The notes beneath the pieces are model-generated. The model did not search any database, was not told where the DNA came from, and worked only from the letters and a program-made list of their open reading frames with translations. Both the position numbers and the translations under genes were made by a program. From positions 33,746 through 97,745 of the IMG/VR virus record IMGVR_UViG_3300029882_000009: a stretch of DNA of 64,000 bases. One strand, given 5' to 3'. This document shows positions 39,346 through 48,368 of the stretch, one piece after another; position 1 is the first letter of the stretch; every line of letters begins with the position of its first letter. The DNA is from a virus (Duplodnaviria; Caudoviricetes).

Positions 39346-39612
39346 CTAATCTCCATATTCAATAATTATATTGGATGCCGTTGTACTGGCTGATTTAATC
39401 ATCTTAAATCTTCCTGTAAGGCGAGTACCGCTTGGTATATTCATATACACACCACTTGAACCATCATCAAGTACTAGGTTGACGTTTCCTGTAGTGCCCA
39501 CAAATATAGATACACAAGTACCACCCGAGAACAATACATCGTTGGTGTAGGTGGATACACTTGAAGGCGGATCTGTCGGGGAAGAAACAAGACTGCCAAT
39601 TGCGAATGCCAT
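39346..39612 (-). CDS. Head spike base-like protein (RcGTA Rcc01079-like)
   Basis: IFVGTTGNV.LV...G....NIPSGT.L......STTASNI. Confidence 0.6.
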   Translation of the reverse strand: MAFAIGSLVSSPTDPPSSVSTYTNDVLFSGGTCVSIFVGTTGNVNLVLDDGSSGVYMNIPSGTRLTGRFKMIKSASTTASNIIIEYGD

Positions 39613-39627
39613 AATTTTATCCTTATT

Positions 39628-39873
39628 TTACTCCAGTCCAAGACCAACCCCCAACTGCGCATCCGTAAGAGAAGAGTTGGGAACATTACCACTCAGTGCA
39701 AGTTTTACGTCATCAATGTGTAAAAAGTCATTGGTGTCTACATACTCACCATTACCTTTTACCGTAAAAAATGGACCGTTAAGATTTTTAACACTGATCG
39801 ATACGCGTTTAAGGCTACTGATCTTTATAGCCTTATCATTATCAACTGCAAGTCTGCCATTGTGATAATACAT
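39628..39873 (-). CDS. Hypothetical protein
   Basis: Tightly packed ORF. Confidence 0.55.
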   Translation of the reverse strand: MYYHNGRLAVDNDKAIKISSLKRVSISVKNLNGPFFTVKGNGEYVDTNDFLHIDDVKLALSGNVPNSSLTDAQLGVGLGLE

Positions 39874-40350
39874 TTACTTATACCATGATGGGTCAAAGTT
39901 ATCTGGGAGTCTCATGCTTGTCTTTGTTACTGGGCAGCGCCACATGTTTGGGCGACCATCGTTCAATTTTTCGAGAAGTTCTGGTCGAACACCATCCGGG
40001 AAAGTGATCCCTGGTCGTTCTTTTGTAGAAACATTGAGGGCATGAGAATTTGTAGTCTGCAGTATTGCTGGTGTCTGTACAGCATTGGGGTTCAATTGTC
40101 GTTTCAAATCTGTGTTTTCGATACAAGCTTGTTCATATCGAGTTGTCATTTCAAGAAGCTTATCTTGAAGATCAACGATAACTGTCTCCGATGATTGTTC
40201 AAGATCGACTACTGGCTCTTTTGTCTTCGGAAGCTTCGCTGGTGGAGTAACAGTTGGTTGCTCGTTATAGACAACAGGTGTTACTGGCGGTGTTTGGTTG
40301 TTAGAACCGGTGGCCGATTCTCCAGTGGTTGATGGTGTATAAGCTCTCAT
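39874..40350 (-). CDS. Hypothetical protein
   Basis: AAGGA RBS. Confidence 0.65.
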   Translation of the reverse strand: MRAYTPSTTGESATGSNNQTPPVTPVVYNEQPTVTPPAKLPKTKEPVVDLEQSSETVIVDLQDKLLEMTTRYEQACIENTDLKRQLNPNAVQTPAILQTTNSHALNVSTKERPGITFPDGVRPELLEKLNDGRPNMWRCPVTKTSMRLPDNFDPSWYK

Positions 40351-40360
40351 AGTTTATTCC

Positions 40361-41740
40361 TTAGTGTGTATTGGTATCGGTCGCTGTCGGTAGTTGTACT
40401 GGCGCTGGCAATTTTTTATCACCGGGGTCTATTGGTGGAAGACCAAGAATGTCACGAACCTGTTTAGATAGTGGGTTCATGTTACCCAATTCCATGAGGA
40501 TTTGAAGAGATTGAGCTAAGAAGAACATTCCTTGTGGATCTTTCTTATCACTGGTAAGAGTAATGGAAGGAGCAAGATCGACTGCCGATTCTCCATAATT
40601 ATACCGGATAAGACGGCGCATTATCTGGCCATAAACAACCTGTTCAAGATCTGCCTTTACAAGATCGATACCATACTGCTGAGTGTTCTCGTGAACTTCC
40701 CCCAGCGCCATTGAACCTACCCGCATTCCTTCACCGGTGGTCAGGGTGTTTCCCAAGAGATTCTGAACAATCTCTTCCTTGTGCCAGTTTGCAATAGTTT
40801 TAAAGTTATTTAGAGTATTGGCATCAAGAGTTACAACTTCATATTCACAATTGTCGGGGAGAAGGGCGGCAGAGCCTTGTCTTATGTTATCTATCGCTAC
40901 CTGCGCAGCAGCTAAGGCAATAAGGTCTCCGATTGGATACTTAACAACCAGGAACGGAGAACCAAACCGTTCGGCAGCCATAGCCCAAAACTTGAGTACG
41001 GAATCCAATATCCAATAATGTTTGTAGGAAGCACGTGCGTCACCATCTCCATAAGGAAGCCCATGTTTAGGATTATAAGTATAGAATATGACCTTTTCGA
41101 CTGGGATGGGTGGCTGATAACCCTCAAGCGGGGTATATGGTCGTATATTGACCGGAGCCAATGTTCTAAGATCGACATCAAACCCAATTTCTTTTGCAGG
41201 TTTAGAGGCAAAATATTCAAATCCAATTTTACCCTTATAAGGACCATCTTTAAATGTGCGCCATATCATTTCAGTACAGTGAAAACCGTCCCAACAAGCA
41301 CGTAGAAGTTCGAAGAGGACCATTCTGAAGTCTTGAGGTAGATCTTCCTGTGTCTGAATATGAGTTAAGGTGTAATGGGCAAAAGCGGCAAGCTCGGCAG
41401 CTTTTTCGAATTGAGGATCTTGAGGGTCGCGAATGGCAGAGATAACACGCCAACCATCAGCAAGGATAGAGTTTCGTTTAACGTTAAAAGGAGCACGGCA
41501 AGCAGCCAGAGTTAGCATCGTATCAAAGATGTCATAACCTTTTTGAGAGATTAATTGATCTGGATTATATTGAGCAAAACGCATCGAGGCGGCATAGATG
41601 GAATCATATGCACCCATGATAGCCTGAAAACGTTCTTTTGCCTCCATGATAACAGGCATGGCTTCACGAATATAACTGGTTGCTTGAATCGCAGTTACTG
41701 TTTGTCCTATTGGCGCTGCGGATACTGGATTTGAAGGCAT
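40361..41740 (-). CDS. Portal protein (DUF935/Mu gp29 family)
   Basis: PYG.G...Y, W...AERFGSP and LGNTLTT..G..GS.ALGEVH motifs. Confidence 0.9.
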   Translation of the reverse strand: MPSNPVSAAPIGQTVTAIQATSYIREAMPVIMEAKERFQAIMGAYDSIYAASMRFAQYNPDQLISQKGYDIFDTMLTLAACRAPFNVKRNSILADGWRVISAIRDPQDPQFEKAAELAAFAHYTLTHIQTQEDLPQDFRMVLFELLRACWDGFHCTEMIWRTFKDGPYKGKIGFEYFASKPAKEIGFDVDLRTLAPVNIRPYTPLEGYQPPIPVEKVIFYTYNPKHGLPYGDGDARASYKHYWILDSVLKFWAMAAERFGSPFLVVKYPIGDLIALAAAQVAIDNIRQGSAALLPDNCEYEVVTLDANTLNNFKTIANWHKEEIVQNLLGNTLTTGEGMRVGSMALGEVHENTQQYGIDLVKADLEQVVYGQIMRRLIRYNYGESAVDLAPSITLTSDKKDPQGMFFLAQSLQILMELGNMNPLSKQVRDILGLPPIDPGDKKLPAPVQLPTATDTNTH

Positions 41741-42031
41741 TTAAACTCTCTCAGAAACTTGAGGTTCTAAGAACCAATCTGCATCTACTGCTGGAGGACC
41801 GAAACTTGCGTATATGGTAGGTTTATCACCTAACGATACAAGATAGTACGCCATTGTAATATCTCCATCAGTATTATGACCAAAAAGTATACGAATTGCG
41901 TGGATACAAACGTCAGCGTCTACAGCATTGACATGAACACCCTGAGTATCAACTGCTTCACGTTTTACATGAACAAGTTGGCCCAATTGGTATTTAGGTT
42001 GAGTAAACGGAACGTCTGTTAATTTTACCAT
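41741..42031 (-). CDS. Hypothetical protein
   Basis: PKYQLGQLV start; tightly packed. Confidence 0.6.
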   Translation of the reverse strand: MVKLTDVPFTQPKYQLGQLVHVKREAVDTQGVHVNAVDADVCIHAIRILFGHNTDGDITMAYYLVSLGDKPTIYASFGPPAVDADWFLEPQVSERV

Positions 42032-42037
42032 TATTTA

Positions 42038-42388
42038 TTAAAGAGCCTGAAACTGCCCTCTATCACAACAACCACCGTATAGTACTGCCTCACCTATAAA
42101 TGGTTGTAGTGGAATTGGGCCAAGATACAGATTTGTGCCATCAGTACAAATCTGAACTCCAGGCACAAAACAAAGAGCTTCGGCAATGTTATCACCCTGT
42201 TGGGTTGTGACTTGAACTACACAACCAATGCCATCTATCTGCATGGCCTTTGTGGACTTCATCCAACCACCAGATTTACTGGACGCTTTTGAAATGAGAC
42301 GAAAAAGATCTCCATTTCCAAACGTTTTAAGGTCAGAAATTTGTGCTTTTGCTTGTTCTATATCAGTTATATCTAATACTTTATCCAT
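42038..42388 (-). CDS. Conserved small phage protein
   Basis: GWMKSTKAMQI.G.GCVVQVTTQQ..N.AEAL.FVPGV. Confidence 0.7.
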   Translation of the reverse strand: MDKVLDITDIEQAKAQISDLKTFGNGDLFRLISKASSKSGGWMKSTKAMQIDGIGCVVQVTTQQGDNIAEALCFVPGVQICTDGTNLYLGPIPLQPFIGEAVLYGGCCDRGQFQAL

Positions 42389-42400
42389 ATTATTTCCTTA

Positions 42401-44137
42401 TTACCAATTTGTTCCTACATTATTGATTGAGAAAGTAAGTTTCTTTTGGAGTTCGTTAACTTTCTTCGCTTCTTCGAGGGATTTCCTTGTAACTCCATTA
42501 TACGGCGAAAAGCAGTAAGAAAGCATGTCTGCAAAGTCAGGGGACTGAATTCCGCGTCTTTTCATGTCAGTCTTTGACTCTATCTTTATCTTACCTGTTT
42601 GTGTAGAAAAATAGAGTGGTTGTGATAGTTGAGAAATAAGCTCCTGATGGTTGGGAATGGATATCAAATCCTCAATAGGATGTTGAACACCAAGAGTTAC
42701 ATATTCCCATGTCTTTTCAAAACGTGTACGGAGACACCAATACGATTCGGCACGAATATTAAGAAATTTTTGGGTGGAAGTACGTCCATCAGGCCATTTA
42801 GCTTTAGAAGCTGGTTCACCACCATTTATACCACGGATAGAGAAAGCTGGCTGTTTGTCTAAGGAGGCAAGAGCACCTTTTACTCCAGCGCCTACACCTA
42901 CGCAGTCATAATTTAAGGCATCAACATGATATTTATTGCAATATTCTACCGCAAAATTTGCCGTTTCTGTTGTGTTCTTGTTGCGCCAACTATGAATATG
43001 TTGCAAAATCGGACCTTGACGCTGACCAAAGACAGATTGATTTTTACCTGAGTCAGATACATCAAGTCCAGCTACTTTGTCCCACATGGAGTCAAATGGT
43101 AATTGGAGATTAATAGCGGCGCGTATCCAAATACCAGGAATTGTAATACCTTCGATAGAGGCAGTGTAGTCTCTATCAATTTCTTGAGCAAGAATAACAG
43201 GATCAAGACGGCCCTTTTCTTTTTCGTACCAGGGATAGATAAGGCGTGAGAGAGGGGGAGCGTCTTCACCCCATCCGTGACCCGAAGCCAGATATATGGA
43301 TGGGGAATCAGGAGTGGGAATAGAGAACGCATTCCATAAATTCTTACGTGGGTCGTCTTTCCAGTCAAATTCGAAGACAGAGACAAGACCGGAGTGTCTT
43401 TTTCTGTAAAAAGCATTACCAGGACCATTTGGGGTGGAAATATCTACTGTGACACGGGTATTTTGAGAGAGAGCGCCTTCTACCTTCTCGGCACGTTCGA
43501 TAAAGGCAGATTCATCAACAAAATACATCGAGGTTCGGCCACCACGACCAATGTTGTCACCGCCTTCTCCGCTGACCATAGAATTATTGTTAGGATTAAC
43601 AATTTTGTTGATATGGTCGTGTTTAGATGGAATAAAAGATGGTGGCATCATCCATTTTGGAAGATGACGGTATAGAAACCGAAATTTCTCAAAAATTGAG
43701 TCAGGTTCGTCAAGGTTGTCTACCAATTCCAACTTACGGGAACCAAAACCGAACTTGCGACCTGAGAAGAAGAGGAAACGATGGAGGACGAAGACGCAAG
43801 AGAGCCACGTGAAGCCTACATCCCTACATTTCTCAGCGAGACCATTTTCTTGAGTTTCTTCCAAAATAGAAAGCCAACTGAGATAGTCTGCTTGTTTAGG
43901 AAACAGAATAAACGGGAGAGTAGATGCTCGTTCGCGAGGATCAAATGTATAGCAGAATTCGTTTACGAAATAGTTGATGTCAAGCTTGCAACGTAAGAGG
44001 ACAGCGGCCTGTAATTCAGGATCATCGTCCATCTTACAAAGGTTAAAATAACGACGTGAAAGTTCGGCATGAAGCTCTGAAGGAGAAAGAGCGCTAGTAG
44101 AAAGTTGATATGGTTCGCCTGTATATGGAAGGAGCAT
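42401..44137 (-). CDS. terL: Terminase large subunit
   Basis: EKCRDVGFTW Walker A, FVDESAF Walker B, STPNG, GLDVS and SPDFAD; probable start ATG 44137. Confidence 0.93.
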   Translation of the reverse strand: MLLPYTGEPYQLSTSALSPSELHAELSRRYFNLCKMDDDPELQAAVLLRCKLDINYFVNEFCYTFDPRERASTLPFILFPKQADYLSWLSILEETQENGLAEKCRDVGFTWLSCVFVLHRFLFFSGRKFGFGSRKLELVDNLDEPDSIFEKFRFLYRHLPKWMMPPSFIPSKHDHINKIVNPNNNSMVSGEGGDNIGRGGRTSMYFVDESAFIERAEKVEGALSQNTRVTVDISTPNGPGNAFYRKRHSGLVSVFEFDWKDDPRKNLWNAFSIPTPDSPSIYLASGHGWGEDAPPLSRLIYPWYEKEKGRLDPVILAQEIDRDYTASIEGITIPGIWIRAAINLQLPFDSMWDKVAGLDVSDSGKNQSVFGQRQGPILQHIHSWRNKNTTETANFAVEYCNKYHVDALNYDCVGVGAGVKGALASLDKQPAFSIRGINGGEPASKAKWPDGRTSTQKFLNIRAESYWCLRTRFEKTWEYVTLGVQHPIEDLISIPNHQELISQLSQPLYFSTQTGKIKIESKTDMKRRGIQSPDFADMLSYCFSPYNGVTRKSLEEAKKVNELQKKLTFSINNVGTNW

Positions 44138-44139
44138 GA

Positions 44140-44424
44140 TTAATATACAAAAAACATAATAGTCTTGCCACAACCATGACATTCCCAGCATGTTTTGGCA
44201 CATCTTACACAAACGGTATGTAGATGATTGCACTCACACAATACTGAAAAACAATAACCTGTTTGATGAGATGGTGTTGTTCCAGCCTCGAACAAATAAT
44301 GAGGTTTAAGAATTAATAGACCATCGTTATCACATTTAGCATCTATAAGATCAAACCTTCTCTGGGAAAGATGATCGGGATAACTCGGAGTATTTAAGTT
44401 TAAACTAACTTTCTGTTGGTTCAT
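44140..44424 (-). CDS. Cys-rich hypothetical protein
   Basis: C-terminal CxC/CxxC motifs. Confidence 0.5.
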   Translation of the reverse strand: MNQQKVSLNLNTPSYPDHLSQRRFDLIDAKCDNDGLLILKPHYLFEAGTTPSHQTGYCFSVLCECNHLHTVCVRCAKTCWECHGCGKTIMFFVY

Positions 44425-44996
44425 GCGTCAACCAAAATTCCATCTCTTAGAAAGCCATGATAGTTTCCGGCTTGAATAGAACCCGCACCAGCACTACAAG
44501 TGTTGCCATTTTTATCAACCGTAATTTTCGGAACCTCGCCATGTCTTATCCAGCATCTGTGTTCATTATCTTCTGGTTTTGTACAATTAGAAGCTCTTGA
44601 ATCTATACACCAAGGGCCGCCAGGAGTTTCAACAAAAAGAGCTTGAGTTCCTTCTGGAGTATTAAAAGAGTAAGACTCGCCCCACCACATTGCACCAGGG
44701 ACAGATTGATCGGAAGGTTCATTATTGTCAACTCTATGCCAAGGATGATATAGGCCACCACCATAGTAGTCAGCGATAGTAAACTGAAAACCACATTTAC
44801 AGATTGGAAGTGGAGAGTTGTGAGCTAAGTTGGAAAGAGCAAGAGAGTTTAATTCTGAAAATTGTTCTGTTCCTACAATTTCACTGCGATGGTAATTATA
44901 ATTGCCTGGGTATTCACATTTATCGTGATTTGAAAATACTGCTCTTAGATATCCGTATTCGTTTTTCTCTATCAAAAAACATTCAATATTTGGCAT
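44421..44996 (-). CDS. Cys/His-rich protein with DUF6527-like C-terminus
   Basis: W.RHGEVPKITV...SIQ...YHGFLRDG. Confidence 0.55.
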   Translation of the reverse strand: MPNIECFLIEKNEYGYLRAVFSNHDKCEYPGNYNYHRSEIVGTEQFSELNSLALSNLAHNSPLPICKCGFQFTIADYYGGGLYHPWHRVDNNEPSDQSVPGAMWWGESYSFNTPEGTQALFVETPGGPWCIDSRASNCTKPEDNEHRCWIRHGEVPKITVDKNGNTCSAGAGSIQAGNYHGFLRDGILVDA

Positions 44997-45001
44997 TGTA
45001 G

Positions 45002-45295
45002 TTATACAGTTTCATAGGTCAGGTTAAAGATTTCTTCTTTGCACGGATATAATTCACCCTTAACACCTTGAATAATAAAATCTCCCGGATTAACTTCCAT
45101 GATACCTTCTAATGTGCAGATAACCCACAGACCATTTGCGTGAATGTAAACACTTCCTTCTGTGGCTGTACCTTTGATGATGCCATTGAGTAACCACAAG
45201 GGCCATTCATGTTTTACATCCAAGAGATTTGCGGGAGGTTGATAACACATTTGGAATGCTTCTATAACGACTGGCTTTTTTTTAAATTTAGGCAT
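45002..45295 (-). CDS. Probable Acb4-family cyclic-nucleotide sponge
   Basis: KKKPVVIEAFQ...TLEG.M....GDFIIQGVKGELYPCK..IF..TYE. Confidence 0.6.
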   Translation of the reverse strand: MPKFKKKPVVIEAFQMCYQPPANLLDVKHEWPLWLLNGIIKGTATEGSVYIHANGLWVICTLEGIMEVNPGDFIIQGVKGELYPCKEEIFNLTYETV

Positions 45296-45409
45296 TTATT
45301 TCCATCCACGAACAAAATGTAAAGCGCCATATGTCCAACAAATTGCCAGTGCTACCATATAACTGATTGGAGTTATCTGATCGGAACGTTTTCGATGATG
45401 TAGCGACAT
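45296..45409 (-). CDS. 37-aa TM peptide (not in ORF track)
   Basis: MSLHHRKRSDQITPISYMVALAICWTYGALHFVRGWK* fills the gap exactly. Confidence 0.45.
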   Translation of the reverse strand: MSLHHRKRSDQITPISYMVALAICWTYGALHFVRGWK

Positions 45410-45411
45410 AA

Positions 45412-45627
45412 TTATCGTTCCCTTAATGCGTCAATTAGTGCATCTCTTTCCATATAAGCTTTCGTCAATCTTTGATAATCAATACTGGACCACTGAACTC
45501 CGTAAATCTCAGTCTTTATGTTGTCATAAATGGCAAATAAGGATACACGCACAATCTCTTTGTGATCATATTCAGCATCATGGTTAGCATCAAACTTGCT
45601 GGTTACAGGCACAAATTGAACTGACAT
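45412..45627 (-). CDS. Hypothetical protein
   Basis: AAGGA RBS. Confidence 0.55.
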   Translation of the reverse strand: MSVQFVPVTSKFDANHDAEYDHKEIVRVSLFAIYDNIKTEIYGVQWSSIDYQRLTKAYMERDALIDALRER

Positions 45628-45630
45628 ACA

Positions 45631-46239
45631 TTATCCTTCATATTCCTGGCCTTGCAGTTTTGCATGAATACGTGCGGCAAGTTCTGTGGGATCGAGATTG
45701 GCAAGAGCGGCCATTGATTCATTTCTTAAGGATGTGTTTGTAGTAGTATCAGAAATCTCCTGAACATTCGTAGGCTTGCCCATAACACGGTCTATCAAAT
45801 ATTCATTAGCAGCACGGTCTGGTTCAGCACGAAGCTGGCGACGTTCTACAATCACAAATTCTGTAGGTACAATATCAGGAAACGCTGGGCGACGGATACG
45901 AATGGGCTTGCCCTGTACGTCAAACATGGTTTGGCCATCGGGGGTACGAAGAGTATCTTCAACAGTTACAATAGCAGCAGGTTCCCAACGCTCTTCCCTG
46001 CGATCAAACCCACCGTTCGCGAGGCGAATTAAGTTCGCTACAAGTTGCGGAAGGTTATCGGCAATAAGAGATCTGGCTTCTTCAGATTGTTCAATACGAC
46101 GTGAGATAGACTGACGCTTAGTTTTGGTAGGGGAAGATGGCGCTCCCTCTGATTCTGTATTGAGCGAATCCACAGAAGGCGTATTTGGGTCAGGAGCTTC
46201 AATATCTATCGGTTGGTAATCTGCGCGTATTCGTGGCAT
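45631..46239 (-). CDS. Probable terminase small subunit
   Basis: DRAANEYLIDRVMGKPT motif; first gene of the packaging operon. Confidence 0.55.
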   Translation of the reverse strand: MPRIRADYQPIDIEAPDPNTPSVDSLNTESEGAPSSPTKTKRQSISRRIEQSEEARSLIADNLPQLVANLIRLANGGFDRREERWEPAAIVTVEDTLRTPDGQTMFDVQGKPIRIRRPAFPDIVPTEFVIVERRQLRAEPDRAANEYLIDRVMGKPTNVQEISDTTTNTSLRNESMAALANLDPTELAARIHAKLQGQEYEG

Positions 46240-46245
46240 GTAATG

Positions 46246-46274
46246 ATTATATCGGTTATTAGGAGAAAAAGCAA
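46246..46274 (-). promoter_or_regulatory. Promoter for a probably leaderless terS mRNA
   Basis: TTGCTT-17-TATAAT with ATG 6 nt downstream. Confidence 0.65.
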
Positions 46275-46307
46275 TAACCCTATCGAGAGTTTATTATCGA
46301 TAGGGTT
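46266..46307 (-). terminator. Intrinsic terminator ending the candidate ncRNA
   Basis: AACCCTATCGA/TCGATAGGGTT 11-bp stem followed by ATTGCTTTTT. Confidence 0.65.
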
Positions 46308-46615
46308 GGAAGTCTCCGGTCAATCCTCTTCGGCCACCTAGTTTTTAGGAACTCAAACCTTACGGTGAATTTCCCCGCTCCGGCCTTTCGGCAACGCTTA
46401 CGCGCTTCAGATACCCGCAACCACCACGATGCAAGTCGTGTTCGTCTCCCGGCTAGGGTAATCAACCCCACTTTAGCCTACATATGCACCTGACGCATAA
46501 CGTCAGCCTTCGACTAAGCAGGGTTGTAAATAACCAGCGCATACTAAAGTATTTGGTACTTCCTTCTTTGGTTGTACTTCCCATCGAAGAATAAATAGGC
46601 ATAGGCGCTGGCCTT
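46270..46615 (-). ncRNA. Candidate structured non-coding RNA (~345 nt)
   Basis: Own extended -10 and terminator; nested stems with GNRA loops; no RBS-supported ORF. Confidence 0.6.
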
Positions 46616-46621
46616 AAATAT

Positions 46622-46630
46622 ATTATATCA
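46622..46630 (-). promoter_or_regulatory. Extended -10 promoter
   Basis: TGATATAAT. Confidence 0.6.
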
Positions 46631-46641
46631 CAAAATTGAAG

Positions 46642-46672
46642 AAAAACACCCACTATTTTGGATAGTGGGTGT
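46642..46672 (-). terminator. Intrinsic terminator
   Basis: ACACCCACTAT/ATAGTGGGTGT stem followed by a U-tract. Confidence 0.75.
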
Positions 46673-46712
46673 GGTTGATTTGCTGTGGAGGAGGGTGAAC
46701 AAAACCATAGAA

Positions 46713-46994
46713 TTAAGCTGTCAAAGCAGCTTCATCAGCTTTTACTTCGGTATCTATAGCAGTGAGACGAGTGAGTTCAGCCTGGGCAGCCGTAACCTGG
46801 GCAGTAGCATCAGGAGGGGCGCTGCCAGCAGCAATTTCGGCATTGAGAGTGGCAATCTGAGCATTAAGATCGGCAATCTTTGTCTGGATTGCTGTAACAT
46901 CTGTTGCTTCTTGAGCTTCATCACCTTCGAGAGTGGTGAGTTCAGCATCGGTGGCTGCCTGGGCGGTAGAGACATCTGAGAGTGTGTCGGCCAT
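46713..46994 (-). CDS. Acidic Ala-rich coiled-coil protein
   Basis: AAGGA RBS before ATG 46994; TATAAT upstream and terminator downstream. Confidence 0.7.
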   Translation of the reverse strand: MADTLSDVSTAQAATDAELTTLEGDEAQEATDVTAIQTKIADLNAQIATLNAEIAAGSAPPDATAQVTAAQAELTRLTAIDTEVKADEAALTA

Positions 46995-47106
46995 TGTTTT
47001 TAGTTCCTTTTCTAAATCATGAGTAGTGAGATATTGTAAATTTTTCAATAAGAGTTTCACAACTTATTATACCCAATCTCAGAAAATATAATCTATTTAT
47101 CATTCT

Positions 47107-47358
47107 TTAAAATAGAGAAGTCCTTTTCATTCGTTGTTGGGGGTCATCATTATATGTAGGCCGAACAGTTCCGTCAGTATTTGTGAAGGCTCCACAACGA
47201 CTGCATCGCGTGTATGGACCTAAATGATCTAATCGACCTGAGCAGTCTTTACATCTTGGAAGTAAACGATTTCGGCCATGTGATGGGATAGCTCGTTTTA
47301 TAGGTCTTCCATCGATAGAACGCTGTATTGGAATGTCTGTGGGAATATTAACTTTCAT
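47107..47358 (-). CDS. Zn-ribbon protein
   Basis: CKDC..CSRCG. Confidence 0.6.
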   Translation of the reverse strand: MKVNIPTDIPIQRSIDGRPIKRAIPSHGRNRLLPRCKDCSGRLDHLGPYTRCSRCGAFTNTDGTVRPTYNDDPQQRMKRTSLF

Positions 47359-47539
47359 CTTTAAATCCTATCTGTTCGCCAAATATTCTACAAATTTCAC
47401 AAAATGCTTGATCTTGTGTGTAGTGAGGCCAGTTTATAATTTCTTCAACATCAAGTACAAAGGCTTCTAGTTTTTTAAGACGTTCGTGTGTTTTAATCAA
47501 ACCATCTGCGCTTTTAAAGTAATATAAATTTTCAGTCAT
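47348..47539 (-). CDS. Hypothetical protein
   Basis: Coupled ORF. Confidence 0.5.
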   Translation of the reverse strand: MTENLYYFKSADGLIKTHERLKKLEAFVLDVEEIINWPHYTQDQAFCEICRIFGEQIGFKDES

Positions 47540-47783
47540 GAAACCCTAACCTATTTTTCTTGGATTGTTCTATCAATCTACTAACTGGAGTTTGTACCTT
47601 CTCTATATTTGCCTCAAACTCACCACTAAGGATGTGTTGGATAACATTGGTTAAAACTGTAGTGATAAGATCAACATGTTGAGAGTTGAAATGATCAGAG
47701 TGAAGGTTTAACTCTGTGACTACAGTACCTTCACTATCATTAATGGTCAAGGCTGTATGAAGAGAGCCTTTTAAATTATCCAT
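47532..47783 (-). CDS. Hypothetical protein
   Basis: Coupled ORF. Confidence 0.55.
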   Translation of the reverse strand: MDNLKGSLHTALTINDSEGTVVTELNLHSDHFNSQHVDLITTVLTNVIQHILSGEFEANIEKVQTPVSRLIEQSKKNRLGFHD

Positions 47784-47784
47784 A

Positions 47785-48363
47785 TTATTCTTCTATATCC
47801 CTAAATTGTTTAATCGACATCACTACTCTACCTATCAAGAAAAAATCAGATTCTTGATGATATATTTTAATAGCTGGATCGTCATAACCGATAGCGGTAA
47901 CAACAGCAATATCTCCGTTTTTGGCAATTTGTTGACGCCGAGCAATTACTGTATCCCCGTCCATGATTCCAAAGTTACGCATCGAATCACCTTTGGCAGT
48001 AATGGCAAACAAGTCTCTACCGCTCTGACTCTGATCCACTGGGGGAAGTAGGGAAAGTGGGATCGCTATGGGATCGGTGGAATCTGGTAAATAAGATACC
48101 GCTGGGGAACATGTCATAGGGAGTGAAGTATCACGCTCCAAGATTTCCATTCCGTACTTGTATCTGGATCTTTTTATGTAGCCTTTTAACTCTAGCGAAT
48201 CAAGACATTTAGTTGTGGCGATAAAAGACTTTATGCCGGTTGCTTTACCAATCTCTTGAATGGTCGGCATTTTTTTGCTTGACATGATCTGACTACGGAC
48301 AAAAGCAAGAATCTCTTGTTCCTTTTCTTCATACTCTTGCAATGTATGTCTTCCAGGTTTCAT
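47785..48363 (-). CDS. LexA-like repressor (wHTH plus S24 domain)
   Basis: EILAFV...PTIQEIG...L..KGYI; GDSM...GI.DGD.V...Q..A.NGDI.V. Confidence 0.85.
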   Translation of the reverse strand: MKPGRHTLQEYEEKEQEILAFVRSQIMSSKKMPTIQEIGKATGIKSFIATTKCLDSLELKGYIKRSRYKYGMEILERDTSLPMTCSPAVSYLPDSTDPIAIPLSLLPPVDQSQSGRDLFAITAKGDSMRNFGIMDGDTVIARRQQIAKNGDIAVVTAIGYDDPAIKIYHQESDFFLIGRVVMSIKQFRDIEE

Positions 48364-48368
48364 GTTGT

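Noticed and set aside
46280-46653. Two 63-aa minus-strand ORFs
   Set aside because: No RBS, non-ATG starts, and one starts inside a terminator; RNA structure explains the region better
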